From the sequence record SRR31156797_5453: a DNA stretch of 64,000 nucleotides. One strand, 5' to 3'. A program made the position numbers and the translations under genes. The notes under the pieces are model-generated. The model was not told the origin of the DNA. It ran no database searches and worked only from the letters and a program-made list of their open reading frames with translations. Shown in pieces: positions 16,888-27,362 of this stretch; the stretch's first letter is position 1; every line of letters begins with the position of its first letter.

Positions 16888-19209
16888 TTATTCGGAGTTA
16901 CCATCATTTGGTTCTGGTGGATCCGGCGGTGAAGAAGGATTTTCTTCACTGCTGGAAGGCGTTGTTGAGCCAGGATCCTGACTAGAAGCAGGAGGTGTAA
17001 CGACCGAAGATGAATCATCCTCATCAGGTGTTGTCACTGGGGGTGTCACTTCGCTTGATGATTCTGTTGTACTTGATGGTGTTGCTTCACTACTTTCTGT
17101 AGAAGGTGTCGTCGGTTCAACGTACGAACTACTGCTGGAAGAACTTGGTGCTGAATAGCTTGGCTGCGTGTATGTCCCTTCAAGATAAAGCTCTCTTCCG
17201 ATCCGTGTCAATCCGTCAGGCATTGTCCAGTCCGTGTTTTCTACAGAAGCAGAAACATAGCGCATCAATTCACGATAGACATCTGAAGCCACATGGGTAC
17301 TACTATCAGTGATTGGTGTCATTTTGTCGTTGTATCCGGTCCATACCGCCAATGAGTAGGAGGGAGTATAGCCGGCAAAAGTTATATCCGGATAAGCACC
17401 GTTTGATGTATCCAGTTGTGCTAGCTGGTCATCGGTGTAATTGGAAGTTCCCGTTTTCCCTGCTTGGTATAACCCATCGATTTGCGCATTGGTCCCAGTA
17501 CCGACAGAAATAACATCTTTCAAAATATCGGTCACCATATAAGCCGTCGTATCATCCATTGCTTCTTGACCATCAACTTTAAAGGATTCTTCATCTTCGG
17601 TCCCATCTTGCATGACGATTTTGTTGACGTACTGAGGTTCATAATAGGTGCCACCGTTTGAAAACGCAGCATAAGCAGCGGCCATTTTCAGGCTGGAGAT
17701 CCCATATTTTGTGCCATCTAATTTATCCGTATTGCTAGAAATCGCATTAGATTGAGTAATCGTGTGGTATTCGATACCCAACCCGCTAAGAAAGTCGGCG
17801 ATATTATCCGCTCCAACTTCATCAAACAATTTCACTGCTGGTACATTTCTGGATTCTGCTAAAGCAGTTCGAAGCGTGATATTGCCCATATATTGGCGAT
17901 CCCAGTTGTACACAGGAATATCGGTTCCTTTATAAGTATAAGGTTCATCTAAAATCATTCTACCGGTAGAGTCTTGTAGAAATTGGAAGGCAGGGCCGTA
18001 GTCTGTGATCGGTTTAACGGTCGATCCAAAGTCCCGAGCGACGTTGACAGCCAGGTTGTTTGCGAGAACGTCATCAACGTTGCGGGCACCGATTTGAGCC
18101 GTGACTTTGCCCGTATTGACATCAACTAAGGTAGCGGCAACTTGCATCTTGTCGTCTGGATAATTAACATAATCATCGCTGTTGACGATGTCATATAACC
18201 GTTTTTGCGCATCGATATCGACATTGGTGTAAATATCTAAGCCATCGGTATAAACATCTTTGCCGGTTTTTTCTTTGACTTCTGCGATCACTTCGTTGAA
18301 GTAATTATCAAAGTATTTCCACTCTTGATTTTCTCGTGGGTTTTTCTGCAAGCCTTCTTGAATATCCTCGGCAACGGCGGCATCATATTCTGCTTGCGTG
18401 ATTTTCTCGTTTTCAAGCATTGCGCCTAAAACCACATCTCGACGACTTTTCGCATTATCAGGATGAGCGAATGGATCAAACGCAGAAGGGGCATTTGGTA
18501 AACCAGCAATCAAAGCGGTTTGCGCTAGGTCTAGTTCAGCCAAAGGTTTGCCGTAAAACTTCATAGCAGCTGTTTGCATTCCATAAACCCCGTTGGACAT
18601 ATATACCTTATTAATATAGTAAGTCAAAATTTCCTGCTTTGATTTGGTTTGTTCAAGCCGAACCGCCATCCAAGCTTCTTGTGCTTTTCTTCGTAACGTT
18701 TGATCTTCGGCGCTGGTAGAAAAGAAGGACAGCTTGATCAATTGCTGAGTCAACGTACTTCCGCCTTGCATACCGCCGGTTGTGGCATTGGATAATGCAG
18801 AACCAACGATTCGGATCGGATCGACCCCGATATGCTGATAGAACCGACGATCTTCGACAGAGACGATCGCATCTTCCAGCAGTTGGGGAATCTCACTTGC
18901 GGTGATTTTTTCTCTCGTTTCACTTCCGAATTCAGTGATCAATTCACCGTTGGAGGCATAAAAGCGCGAAGAAACAGTCGAATCCAAACGTGTTTCATCA
19001 AGTGCTGGTGCATCTTTGGCGTACCACCAAAACAGCCCCATTCCTGATAAAATCCCGATACAGCCTAAGAAAAATAGGCCCATAAACACTTTTAAAATAA
19101 TACTCCCAATACTTCGTTTGCCTTTGGCTTTAGGGGGCTTTGGTGCTTTTTTAGCAGTGCCTTTCTTAGAATCATGCCGAGAGGTCCTCGATTGTGATTC
19201 ATTTGCCAT
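16888..19209 (-). CDS. ponA: Class A penicillin-binding protein PBP1a
   Basis: EDRRFYQH, GGSTLTQQLIK, RKAQE (glycosyltransferase); STVK, SRN, KTG (transpeptidase); Ser/Pro-rich tail; downstream of recU. Start could be 19215. Confidence 0.95.
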   Translation of the reverse strand: MANESQSRTSRHDSKKGTAKKAPKPPKAKGKRSIGSIILKVFMGLFFLGCIGILSGMGLFWWYAKDAPALDETRLDSTVSSRFYASNGELITEFGSETREKITASEIPQLLEDAIVSVEDRRFYQHIGVDPIRIVGSALSNATTGGMQGGSTLTQQLIKLSFFSTSAEDQTLRRKAQEAWMAVRLEQTKSKQEILTYYINKVYMSNGVYGMQTAAMKFYGKPLAELDLAQTALIAGLPNAPSAFDPFAHPDNAKSRRDVVLGAMLENEKITQAEYDAAVAEDIQEGLQKNPRENQEWKYFDNYFNEVIAEVKEKTGKDVYTDGLDIYTNVDIDAQKRLYDIVNSDDYVNYPDDKMQVAATLVDVNTGKVTAQIGARNVDDVLANNLAVNVARDFGSTVKPITDYGPAFQFLQDSTGRMILDEPYTYKGTDIPVYNWDRQYMGNITLRTALAESRNVPAVKLFDEVGADNIADFLSGLGIEYHTITQSNAISSNTDKLDGTKYGISSLKMAAAYAAFSNGGTYYEPQYVNKIVMQDGTEDEESFKVDGQEAMDDTTAYMVTDILKDVISVGTGTNAQIDGLYQAGKTGTSNYTDDQLAQLDTSNGAYPDITFAGYTPSYSLAVWTGYNDKMTPITDSSTHVASDVYRELMRYVSASVENTDWTMPDGLTRIGRELYLEGTYTQPSYSAPSSSSSSSYVEPTTPSTESSEATPSSTTESSSEVTPPVTTPDEDDSSSVVTPPASSQDPGSTTPSSSEENPSSPPDPPEPNDGNSE

Positions 19210-19837
19210 ACTCATCATTCTCCTTCATCGTTAAAAATTGATCAACTGCTTTTAAATAGGGAATACGCGGCGCAATTGAAGGGATAATTTCAATCCCATT
19301 CGTTTCAATATAGGCCAGTGTCATTGATTTTTTTCCCGTTTCCTTTTGCAGGTGCCACTGAGAAACTAAGCACTTGCTATCTAGAAAAAAGCAGCGTTGT
19401 AGACTAGAAAACCATAAAAGAACAAAACATAATCCCGCTTGTTCCAAACAGTCTTCCATATGCTTGATTTGGTGTGGATGAAAATTTTTAAAGGGAAATG
19501 ACGTTTTGTTTTGAGTCTCTTTCGCTTCAAAGTCGATATATTGCCCTTGATAAACCCCATTGTAATCGGTGGTAGAGGCCTCTCGAAAGTAGGCTTCTTT
19601 AATTACTGCGGCGCTTCTTCTCGGATAATCTACCTTGACGATTTGAACTGGTGTCGGTTTCTTATGAATGACCGCAAGTTTGCGATTTAAATAATAAAGG
19701 TTGCTTTCATTGATCGCTTCTTCAAAACGCATCCCACGATTGGCATACGTTTTTGGCTTTATTAGTTTTTCTTGCATTTTTTGTTTTTTGCCGTCATCAT
19801 AGGTAGTAGATTGTCCATTCGGGTAACGAATAACCAT
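19199..19837 (-). CDS. recU: Holliday junction resolvase RecU
   Basis: IRYPNG, NRGM, HKKPTPVQIV, STTDYNGVY, DFEAKET, HQ. Confidence 0.97.
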   Translation of the reverse strand: MVIRYPNGQSTTYDDGKKQKMQEKLIKPKTYANRGMRFEEAINESNLYYLNRKLAVIHKKPTPVQIVKVDYPRRSAAVIKEAYFREASTTDYNGVYQGQYIDFEAKETQNKTSFPFKNFHPHQIKHMEDCLEQAGLCFVLLWFSSLQRCFFLDSKCLVSQWHLQKETGKKSMTLAYIETNGIEIIPSIAPRIPYLKAVDQFLTMKENDEYGK

Positions 19838-19892
19838 GTTGTTCACACTCCTAGGCAACATTATACCAAAAAGTCGTTTGGAAAGAAAAGAG

Positions 19893-20453
19893 ATGACCAG
19901 AGAAACAATGAAAACCTTATACTTTACTGGCTATCGTAATTATGAATTAGGTGTCTTTCAAGCAAAAGATCCCAAGATTGCAGTTATTAAGAAAGTAATA
20001 ATGTCGGCATTGACCAATTATGTCGAAGAAGGGCTAGAATGGCTCTTGATCAGCGGGAATCTTGGAGCAGAGCTGTGGTGTGCCGAAGTCATTGAACAAT
20101 TAAAACAAACATACCCGGAACTGAAACTAGGAATTATTTTTCCTTTTGAAGGGTTTGGTGAAAATTGGAACGAAACAAATCAGCAGGCACTGCAAACAGC
20201 GAAGTCATTTGCCGATTATGTCAATGCCACCAGCCATAAGCCTTACCAAGACCCCAGTCAATTAAGAAATCATACAGCGTTTTTACTGGAGCATACTGAA
20301 GGCGCACTTGTGTTATATGATGACGAATTTCCAGGAAAACCTAATTATTTCTTAAGAGATGCGAAAGCCTATAGTGAGCAAAATCCCTACTTTATTCATC
20401 AAATAACAATGGATGATTTACAAAACGCAACATTTGATAGTAATTTACTTTGA
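19893..20453 (+). CDS. ypsA: YpsA/DUF1273 (SLOG) protein
   Basis: TGYR..ELG, GNLGAELW; lies directly before gpsB. Start 19893 or 19908. Confidence 0.88.
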   Translation: MTRETMKTLYFTGYRNYELGVFQAKDPKIAVIKKVIMSALTNYVEEGLEWLLISGNLGAELWCAEVIEQLKQTYPELKLGIIFPFEGFGENWNETNQQALQTAKSFADYVNATSHKPYQDPSQLRNHTAFLLEHTEGALVLYDDEFPGKPNYFLRDAKAYSEQNPYFIHQITMDDLQNATFDSNLL

Positions 20454-20524
20454 TTTTCGTATATTTTTTGATAGAATGGTCTAGAAAGTGAAAACCATTT
20501 GGAATAAACAATGAGGTGTAAATA

Positions 20525-20935
20525 ATGGCAAATTTAATTTATAGTCCAAAAGATATTCTGCAACAAGAATTCAAAACAAAAATGCGTGGATATGATCCAG
20601 TGGAAGTGGACGAGTTTTTAGATAATATCATTAAAGACTACGAAAGCTACAATAAAGAGATCTTAGCCCTGCAAGAAGAAAACGATCGTCTGACAGCGAA
20701 AATCGATCAATTGTCGAAAAACCAAGCAATCGCTTCTCGTGTTCAACAAGAAGCACCGAAAAGCCAAACAGTCACAAATTTTGATATTTTAAAACGTTTG
20801 TCTAATCTTGAAAAAGAAGTTTTTGGCAAAAAGCTTGATCGTGAATCAGAACCTGTCACTCGTTCTTCTTCATACAACAGCAACTATACAAATGCTGATT
20901 TTGAAGATGACAACGAAAAAACCCGTCAATTCTAA
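20525..20935 (+). CDS. gpsB: Cell-division regulator GpsB
   Basis: DILQQEFKTKMRGYDPVEVDEFLD and TNFDILKRLSNLEKEVFG. Confidence 0.96.
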   Translation: MANLIYSPKDILQQEFKTKMRGYDPVEVDEFLDNIIKDYESYNKEILALQEENDRLTAKIDQLSKNQAIASRVQQEAPKSQTVTNFDILKRLSNLEKEVFGKKLDRESEPVTRSSSYNSNYTNADFEDDNEKTRQF

Positions 20936-20945
20936 TGTAGAAAAG

Positions 20946-21334
20946 ATAGTTGTGGTTTTCGGGTAATTGCGGCATAACTCGATTATGCTGAGGAAAGTCC
21001 ATGCTCGCACAAGCTGAGACGCTTGTAGTGTTCGTGCCTAGCGAAACCATAAGCTAGGGTACTTGAGAAAGTAACGGCAGGAAAAATGGCTAAGGTGCAA
21101 GCTATGCCAAAGTATCCTTGAAAGTGCCACAGTGACGAAGCAAGCCGGGAAACCGTCTTGGTGGAACGCGGTAAACCCCTCGAGCGAGCAACCCAAACAA
21201 TGGTAGGGGCACTTTTTGCACGGAAATGAACGGAGCAAGAAGGCAAGTAATTGCAGATAGATAATTACCCAGTGTTTTCTTCTCCCTGAGGAAAATACGG
21301 ACAAAACATGGCTTATAGAAAATCACAACCTATC
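20946..21334 (+). ncRNA. rnpB: RNase P RNA (B type)
   Basis: GAGGAAAGTCCATGCTCGC, AGTGCCACAGTGACG, GGTAAACCCCTCGAG and ACAAAACATGGCTTA; P1 stem gttgtggttttc / gaaaatcacaac; located between gpsB and ypsC. Confidence 0.96.
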
Positions 21335-21340
21335 AGGGAA

Positions 21341-21366
21341 TCCTTCCAGCAACGGAAGGTTTTTTT
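21341..21366 (+). terminator. Terminator after rnpB
   Basis: CCTTCC-agcaac-GGAAGG followed by a T run. Confidence 0.8.
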
Positions 21367-21386
21367 ATACCAAGAAGGAGAGCGTT

Positions 21387-22550
21387 ATGACTGAAAAAAC
21401 ATTTAATTGTATTGCCACCGCTGCGAGCGGTTTAGAAGCACTAGTGGGCAAAGAATTACGGGATTTAGGGATCGAGTGTGAGGTTGAAAACGGCCGAGCG
21501 CGCTTTAAAGGGACAATGGAGACCATTGCTACCGCGAACTTGTGGCTCCGTACAGCCGACCGTATCAAAATCGTCGTTGGGGAATTTGACGTATTGACTT
21601 TCGATCAGCTGTTTGAAGAAGTTAAAGCGTTACCGTGGGAAGACTTTTTACCGTTAGACGCTGAATTTCCAGTAGCCGGAAAATCAATCAAATCAAAATT
21701 GTATAGTGTACCTGACTGCCAAGCGATTACCAAAAAAGCAATCGTCAATCGCTTAAGAGAAGTATATCATCGTCCGGCAAGTGTGCCGCTGACTGAAACT
21801 GGCGCTTTTTTCCAATTAGAAGTCGCTTTATTGAAAGACCATGCGATGATCACATTGGATACGACTGGCCCTAGTTTGTTTAAACGCGGCTATCGTTTAG
21901 AAAAAGGGGGCGCACCTCTGAAAGAAAACATGGCTGCGGCTTTAGTGATGCTGACAAATTGGTACAAAGACAAGCCTTTTGTCGATCCCGTTTGTGGATC
22001 AGGCACATTGTGTATTGAAGCAGCTTTGATCGGCCATAATATCGCCCCTGGATTTAATCGGGAATTTGTTTGCGAAACGTGGGATTGGTTCTCAGCAGAA
22101 GTATTTGAAAAAGTACGGAAAGAAGCAGATGAAGCAGCAGATTATGATGTCGAATTAGATATTACCGGTTCGGATATCAATGGTCGAATGATTGAGATCG
22201 CCCGCCGGAATGCGGAAGAAATAGGTCTTGGAGACTCGATCACCTTCAAACAACAAGCTGTTAAAGACTTTAAAACAGAAAAAGAGTATGGTGTCGTTGT
22301 GGCTAACCCTCCTTATGGCGAACGCTTAGGAGAAGAAGAGTCTGTTCAGCGACTGTATCAAGAAATGGGCCAAGTGTTTCGACCGCTTAAAACCTGGAGT
22401 AAATACTTTTTGACCAGTGACTTGACTTTTGAAACCCATTACGGCGAAAAAGCGACAAAAAAACGCAAATTATACAACGGTGCGATTCGGACCGATCTCT
22501 TCCAATACTGGGGGCAACGTCCGCCACGCAAAAAGGAGTTTGCTGAATGA
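21387..22550 (+). CDS. ypsC: THUMP-domain SAM-dependent rRNA methyltransferase (YpsC/RlmL-like)
   Basis: NLWLRTADR, LFKRGYR, APLKENMAAA, DPVCGSGT, NPPYGER. Confidence 0.92.
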   Translation: MTEKTFNCIATAASGLEALVGKELRDLGIECEVENGRARFKGTMETIATANLWLRTADRIKIVVGEFDVLTFDQLFEEVKALPWEDFLPLDAEFPVAGKSIKSKLYSVPDCQAITKKAIVNRLREVYHRPASVPLTETGAFFQLEVALLKDHAMITLDTTGPSLFKRGYRLEKGGAPLKENMAAALVMLTNWYKDKPFVDPVCGSGTLCIEAALIGHNIAPGFNREFVCETWDWFSAEVFEKVRKEADEAADYDVELDITGSDINGRMIEIARRNAEEIGLGDSITFKQQAVKDFKTEKEYGVVVANPPYGERLGEEESVQRLYQEMGQVFRPLKTWSKYFLTSDLTFETHYGEKATKKRKLYNGAIRTDLFQYWGQRPPRKKEFAE

Positions 22551-24061
22551 AAGAACAAGAATTTCTGAAAGAATTAAAAGAAATCGATCTATTACAACAA
22601 GCAATGGGGATCTTAGGCTGGGACAATCAAACGGGGATGCCAGAAAAAGCCAGTGATTACCGGGCGGAAGTTGACAGCTATTTATATGGCCTCTATTTTG
22701 ACAAAAAAATTGGAGAGCCGATCCAAGAAGCAATCAGCTATTTTGGGAAACACCCAGAAGAATTATCAGAGGTTGGGAAAGCGGCTTATCAGCTAGTCAA
22801 AGAAGAGTATGAATTGCAAAAAGATGTACCAAATGAGTTGGCGATGGCGGCTTCCGCAGCAACGTCAAAAGCACATACTGCTTGGCTCAAAGCCCGTAAA
22901 GAAAAAGATTTTTCTTTATTTAAAGACGCACTTTCTGAAAATATTCGCTTGACGAAAGAATTGATTCCTTATTGGAAGAAGAATGAGCTGACAAACTATG
23001 ATGTGTTGTTAAACCAATACGAACCAAATATGACGGTTGAGATCTTGGATAATGTTTTCTCACAAGTGAGAGACGGTATCATGGATATTCGTCGTCAATT
23101 GGCTGAAAAAGGAACAGCACCAGATACTTCGATCCTGTCACGTAAGATGACCGAAGCGCAGCAACGTAAATTTATCTCAAAAGTGATTGCCGACTTAGGC
23201 TATGACTTTTCTCGCGGCCGCTTGGATAATACGGTCCACCCATTTGCTACGGGGATCAATCACAACGATGTGCGTTTGACTACTCGTTGGAGCGAAAACG
23301 ATTTTTCAATGGGACTATTCGGTGTAATTCATGAAGCCGGACATGGAATGTACGAGCAAAATATTGACGAAAAATACGAAGGAACACCGGTTCATGAAGG
23401 AGCGTCTATGGGGATCCACGAATCTCAATCGCTTTTTAATGAAATCATTATCGGCAGTAATCGCAATTTCTGGGCCAAGCAATACCCATTTTTCCAAGAA
23501 TGTGCGGAAGGCTCGTTTGATGATGTGTCTTTTGACACCTTCTATGATTCTTTGAAGCATTCTAAAGCCAGCTTGATCCGTATTGAAGCTGACAGTTTGA
23601 CCTACGTAATCCATATCATTATTCGTTACGAGATCGAAAAAATGATCTTTAACGAAACAGTATCGATCGATGAACTGCCGAAAATCTGGAATGACAAATA
23701 CGAGGAATATTTAGGGATTCGTCCAGAGAATGACCTTGAAGGAATCTTACAAGATGTTCATTGGTCAGGTTCCAGCTTTGGTTACTTCCCATCCTATGCG
23801 TTAGGGTATATGTATGCCGCGCAATTACTGCATGCGATGGAAAAAGAAATCAATGTCGATGAAGTGTTGGCTTCAGATGATTATTCACCGATTCGTAAAT
23901 GGCTGACTGAAAATATCCATCAATATGGGGCATCAAAGAAACCAAATGAATTGATTTTAGATGCAACGGATGAATTATTGAATCCTCAATATCTATTAGA
24001 CTATTTACGTAAGATCTATTTTAGTGTCTATAAAATCAGCGAGACGCAAGATTTCGCTTAA
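22547..24061 (+). CDS. M32 family (Taq-type) carboxypeptidase
   Basis: HPF, DVRLTT, HEAGHGMYEQ, HESQS, IRIEAD, LQDVHW, GYFPSY. Confidence 0.95.
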   Translation: MKEQEFLKELKEIDLLQQAMGILGWDNQTGMPEKASDYRAEVDSYLYGLYFDKKIGEPIQEAISYFGKHPEELSEVGKAAYQLVKEEYELQKDVPNELAMAASAATSKAHTAWLKARKEKDFSLFKDALSENIRLTKELIPYWKKNELTNYDVLLNQYEPNMTVEILDNVFSQVRDGIMDIRRQLAEKGTAPDTSILSRKMTEAQQRKFISKVIADLGYDFSRGRLDNTVHPFATGINHNDVRLTTRWSENDFSMGLFGVIHEAGHGMYEQNIDEKYEGTPVHEGASMGIHESQSLFNEIIIGSNRNFWAKQYPFFQECAEGSFDDVSFDTFYDSLKHSKASLIRIEADSLTYVIHIIIRYEIEKMIFNETVSIDELPKIWNDKYEEYLGIRPENDLEGILQDVHWSGSSFGYFPSYALGYMYAAQLLHAMEKEINVDEVLASDDYSPIRKWLTENIHQYGASKKPNELILDATDELLNPQYLLDYLRKIYFSVYKISETQDFA

Positions 24062-24208
24062 AAGAAACGAGTGAAAAGAAGCTTCGCAAGACGTTGCCGC
24101 CCTAACTGTTTCGTGGGGTGCTCGTTTTGTTAAACTTCTTTTCCTTTTGTATCGATAACCACTGAAAAAAGGAAGGCTTGCTGCTTTCGTATCGAAAGAA
24201 GGAGAAAG

Positions 24209-24868
24209 ATGAAGGAAGAAAACAATGTTACCGATCTTAGCAAAGTAATTGCCTATGCCGAAAGTATTTTGGGGAATGATTACACAGGACATGGGTTTGA
24301 TCATGTCAAACGGGTGGCGGGCTTAAGTCAAGCTATCATCGATGCCGACGAATTGGCGGTTGATCGTTTTGTCGTACAGGCAGCAGCTTACTTGCATGAT
24401 ACGGTGGATGACAAAATTGTGGCGGATGTCACAGCGGCTTATGCCGAAGTGCGAGTTTGTTTGACTGCAGCAGGGGCAAGTGAAGCACAAACGAAAGAAA
24501 TTTTTTCTATTATCGAAAATCTGTCTTTTTCAAAAGAACTTTTGCAAGGCGCACAAGTTGTCTCAGTAGAAGGCCGCGTCGTTCGTGATGCAGATCGTCT
24601 CGATGCTTTAGGTGCGATCGGTATTTTACGGACGAGCTATTTTGGTGGCAGTCATCAACACCCGATCCATGTCAGTGACTTAGCCCCAAAGACGTTTCAA
24701 AATCATGAGGATTACCGAAAAGGGACGACGGTGATCAATCATTTTTATGAGAAACTATTTTTGCTCCCTGAAAAGATGACCACGGATTATGGCAAAAAAG
24801 AAGCTCAGCGACGCGTGGCTTTCATGAAGGATTTTTTAGAAGAATTCTATGCAGAATGGGATGTCTAA
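24209..24868 (+). CDS. HD-domain metal-dependent phosphohydrolase
   Basis: GHGFDHVKRV, LHDTVDDK, DADRLDALGAIG, HFYEKL. Confidence 0.9.
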   Translation: MKEENNVTDLSKVIAYAESILGNDYTGHGFDHVKRVAGLSQAIIDADELAVDRFVVQAAAYLHDTVDDKIVADVTAAYAEVRVCLTAAGASEAQTKEIFSIIENLSFSKELLQGAQVVSVEGRVVRDADRLDALGAIGILRTSYFGGSHQHPIHVSDLAPKTFQNHEDYRKGTTVINHFYEKLFLLPEKMTTDYGKKEAQRRVAFMKDFLEEFYAEWDV

Positions 24869-24951
24869 CTTTGTTTAGAGTTTTTTAAACTGCAATTCGA
24901 TTATTTCCTTTTTCCTTTATTGTTCTTTATAATAGTAAGTACAAAGGAGGG

Positions 24952-25332
24952 ATGGAAATGTACTACCAACAGGCATTACAACCGAGTGAACTATTGCCAG
25001 CGATTTCCAATTCAGGGGAATGCTTTTTTGTCATTCGGGCTGAGCTACCCATCCGGCAATATCAAATCGCAGTCTATCTTTACGACGATCAATTCTTTTT
25101 GTTGCAAGATGATCGCTTGTTTGATCAAATCGAACAAATCTCTAGTGAGACATTAGGGGACGAGGAAGAGATTTTACCATTTATCGAAGAAGCGTTGGAA
25201 GAAAACCATTATTTATTAGTGGAAAAAGCGTTTATTCGTTTAGATCTATCTACTTTACAAAAGATGACCGATCTTACTAGTTTCGATATCTTGTTTTATG
25301 AATTTTTTGATTCATGGGGGGAAGAAGAATGA
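24952..25332 (+). CDS. Acidic hypothetical protein
   Basis: AAGGAGG RBS; 126-aa ORF; stop overlaps the next start (ATGA). Confidence 0.7.
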   Translation: MEMYYQQALQPSELLPAISNSGECFFVIRAELPIRQYQIAVYLYDDQFFLLQDDRLFDQIEQISSETLGDEEEILPFIEEALEENHYLLVEKAFIRLDLSTLQKMTDLTSFDILFYEFFDSWGEEE

Positions 25333-25562
25333 AACGGACTGAATACGTAACACTCCAAGACAAAACATTGATTGACCTATTCCAGCAGTTAGGAGAGGAT
25401 GTTTCGAATCTCGAGCTGATCGATGAAGAAAAGAATATCGATGTGGTGGTTGTGTCGAATAGTGACTGGCAATATTTATTGGAACAAGTCAATGATGATG
25501 TAAAAGAATCTTTTGCTGATACGTCAGAGACAGACCTGGATGAAGAACTAGCCGACGAATAA
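25329..25562 (+). CDS. Small acidic protein, possibly Phd/YefM-like fold
   Basis: Translationally coupled to the upstream gene; DVVVVSNSDWQYLLEQ resembles the YefM hydrophobic strand-S-x-x-(D/E)-W motif. Confidence 0.6.
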   Translation: MKRTEYVTLQDKTLIDLFQQLGEDVSNLELIDEEKNIDVVVVSNSDWQYLLEQVNDDVKESFADTSETDLDEELADE

Positions 25563-25720
25563 ACGCTTTTTATGGTTGATAAACTGTTTTACTACGGGAG
25601 TGGTGGTTGGATCTTTTGAAGGGGTTTAGCAATCTAGGCAGCTTACCAAAAAAAATACGAAGCGATCTCATTTCCCATTAAGAGGAACAGGATCATTTCG
25701 TATTTCTAGGTAGGTTGCTT

Positions 25721-26047
25721 TTATTTTGTCCGCAGACGAACGTTTTTGACTTTTAGATAGCCGCGAATCAAGTTGAGAATAAGTAAAAGAATGCCCACAA
25801 TCAATGGAATCGCTAATAAGTAGGGCGAGTAAAGGTGGGTTTCTTGCACGTGTTCAAGAGAAGTTTTCTCCACTTCATTGATGGCTTGTTGAATGACTTG
25901 TAAACTAAATCCAGTCAGAAAACCAGCAATGATGAATAGGGCAAATCCTAAGTAGGGTATATCGGAAGACCGGCGAAAAAGAGCAAAAGGTACATATAAA
26001 ACCAAAAGGAATGCCGGTACGCCAAAGGCAAAATAGGGATTTAACAT
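25721..26047 (-). CDS. Small membrane protein (3 TM)
   Basis: AAGGAGG RBS on the minus strand; three hydrophobic segments. Confidence 0.75.
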   Translation of the reverse strand: MLNPYFAFGVPAFLLVLYVPFALFRRSSDIPYLGFALFIIAGFLTGFSLQVIQQAINEVEKTSLEHVQETHLYSPYLLAIPLIVGILLLILNLIRGYLKVKNVRLRTK

Positions 26048-26140
26048 GGTTTTTTAACCTCCTTTTCTTTTATGATACTCCAAAATTTACGTTTTGGGAA
26101 ATAGCGTGTAAGATAAAAAGAAAACGTGAAGGAGTTCTTT

Positions 26141-27304
26141 ATGTCCGCTTATATTACCCCAATAAAGGTTGCTCTGCTGGTTTTTCCATTTCTAGCATTG
26201 GCGATATCAATGATTTTTTTTGTTATCCAATATCGAAAATACGGTCGTTTTATCTTTTCTCGTGCACTGGTTCTTTATTCGTTTGTCTTCTATTTATTAT
26301 GCGCCTATTTTTTAGTTATTCTGCCATTGCCCTCGATTGAAGAGGTAGCTCATATGACTGGTCCTAAGATGGAATTGCAGCTAGGAGCATCCTGGCACCA
26401 TTTTGTCCAACAGACGGTCTTAAATATCCACGACCCGCAAACCTATCTTCCTGCCATGAAGCAGGGGGTCTTTCTCGAACCACTCTTTAATTTATTGTTG
26501 ACCTTGCCTTTCGGCGTTTACTTACGTTATTACTTCAAGTGTTCTTTTCTGAAAACGCTGGCGATTACGTTTTGTCTGACGTTGTTTTTTGAATTGACTC
26601 AGCTGACAGGACTTTATTTTATTTATCCCCGTCCTTATCGCTTATTTGATGTTAATGATCTCTTTGTCAATACACTAGGAGGATTGTTGGGGTGGAGCAT
26701 TGCCCCGCTATTTACGTTCTTATTGCCATCAAGAGAAGAGATGGATGCCGATTCATACGCCAAAGGTACTCGGGTAACCGTAACCCGAAGGATATTTGCT
26801 TGGTTGATCGATTGGGGAATACTGAATGTGGTCAGTTTCATTGTGGTGATCGCTGTTCGTTTGCTTACTCAACAGACGGTACGAGACTTTAGTGGGGACT
26901 ATTGGTACTTTGCTCTTGAAGTATTACTGTACTTTGTGTTGTTTGCTTATCTTGCCAAAGGACAAACGATTGGAAAAAAACTCGTACGAATCAAAATCAT
27001 GCAAGAAGCCCGTCAGAGGGTCAGCTTGGCTGCGTTATTGAAACGTTATGGTTTGTTTTATCTGATTTATGCCAGCATCAGTCGGGTCAACATCTTTTTT
27101 GCACCGTTTCTTGATTCGGATAATACGCTGCTTCTGGTCGTCAGTTTATTGATGGTGGTCATTTTTGGCTTGATCCAGTTTGGCTTTTACATGAATCTCT
27201 TTTGGGCTGCAATAAAAAAAGAAAGCCGCTTTTTCTATGAACGCCGCAGTGCAACGTATACAATTAGCACGATTGATCCAAAACCCGTGACAAAAGAAAG
27301 TTAG
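26141..27304 (+). CDS. VanZ-like plus RDD-domain membrane protein
   Basis: NLLLTLPFG, FFELTQL, FDVNDLFVNTLG (VanZ); RRIFAWLID, GQTIGKKLVRIKI (RDD). Confidence 0.88.
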   Translation: MSAYITPIKVALLVFPFLALAISMIFFVIQYRKYGRFIFSRALVLYSFVFYLLCAYFLVILPLPSIEEVAHMTGPKMELQLGASWHHFVQQTVLNIHDPQTYLPAMKQGVFLEPLFNLLLTLPFGVYLRYYFKCSFLKTLAITFCLTLFFELTQLTGLYFIYPRPYRLFDVNDLFVNTLGGLLGWSIAPLFTFLLPSREEMDADSYAKGTRVTVTRRIFAWLIDWGILNVVSFIVVIAVRLLTQQTVRDFSGDYWYFALEVLLYFVLFAYLAKGQTIGKKLVRIKIMQEARQRVSLAALLKRYGLFYLIYASISRVNIFFAPFLDSDNTLLLVVSLLMVVIFGLIQFGFYMNLFWAAIKKESRFFYERRSATYTISTIDPKPVTKES

Positions 27305-27362
27305 GAAATCAAGGCAACATATGCTATAATCCAAAGGATGCTAAAAGAAAGAAGGTGTTTGA

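Noticed and set aside
20856-21326. Several overlapping minus-strand ORFs of 64-88 aa
   Set aside because: They are antisense to the RNase P RNA gene, with no RBS or recognisable protein features.
26141-27304. VanZ-like gene as evidence of a glycopeptide-resistance cluster
   Set aside because: It is a chromosomal VanZ-RDD fusion with no van ligase, vanRS or vanXY nearby.
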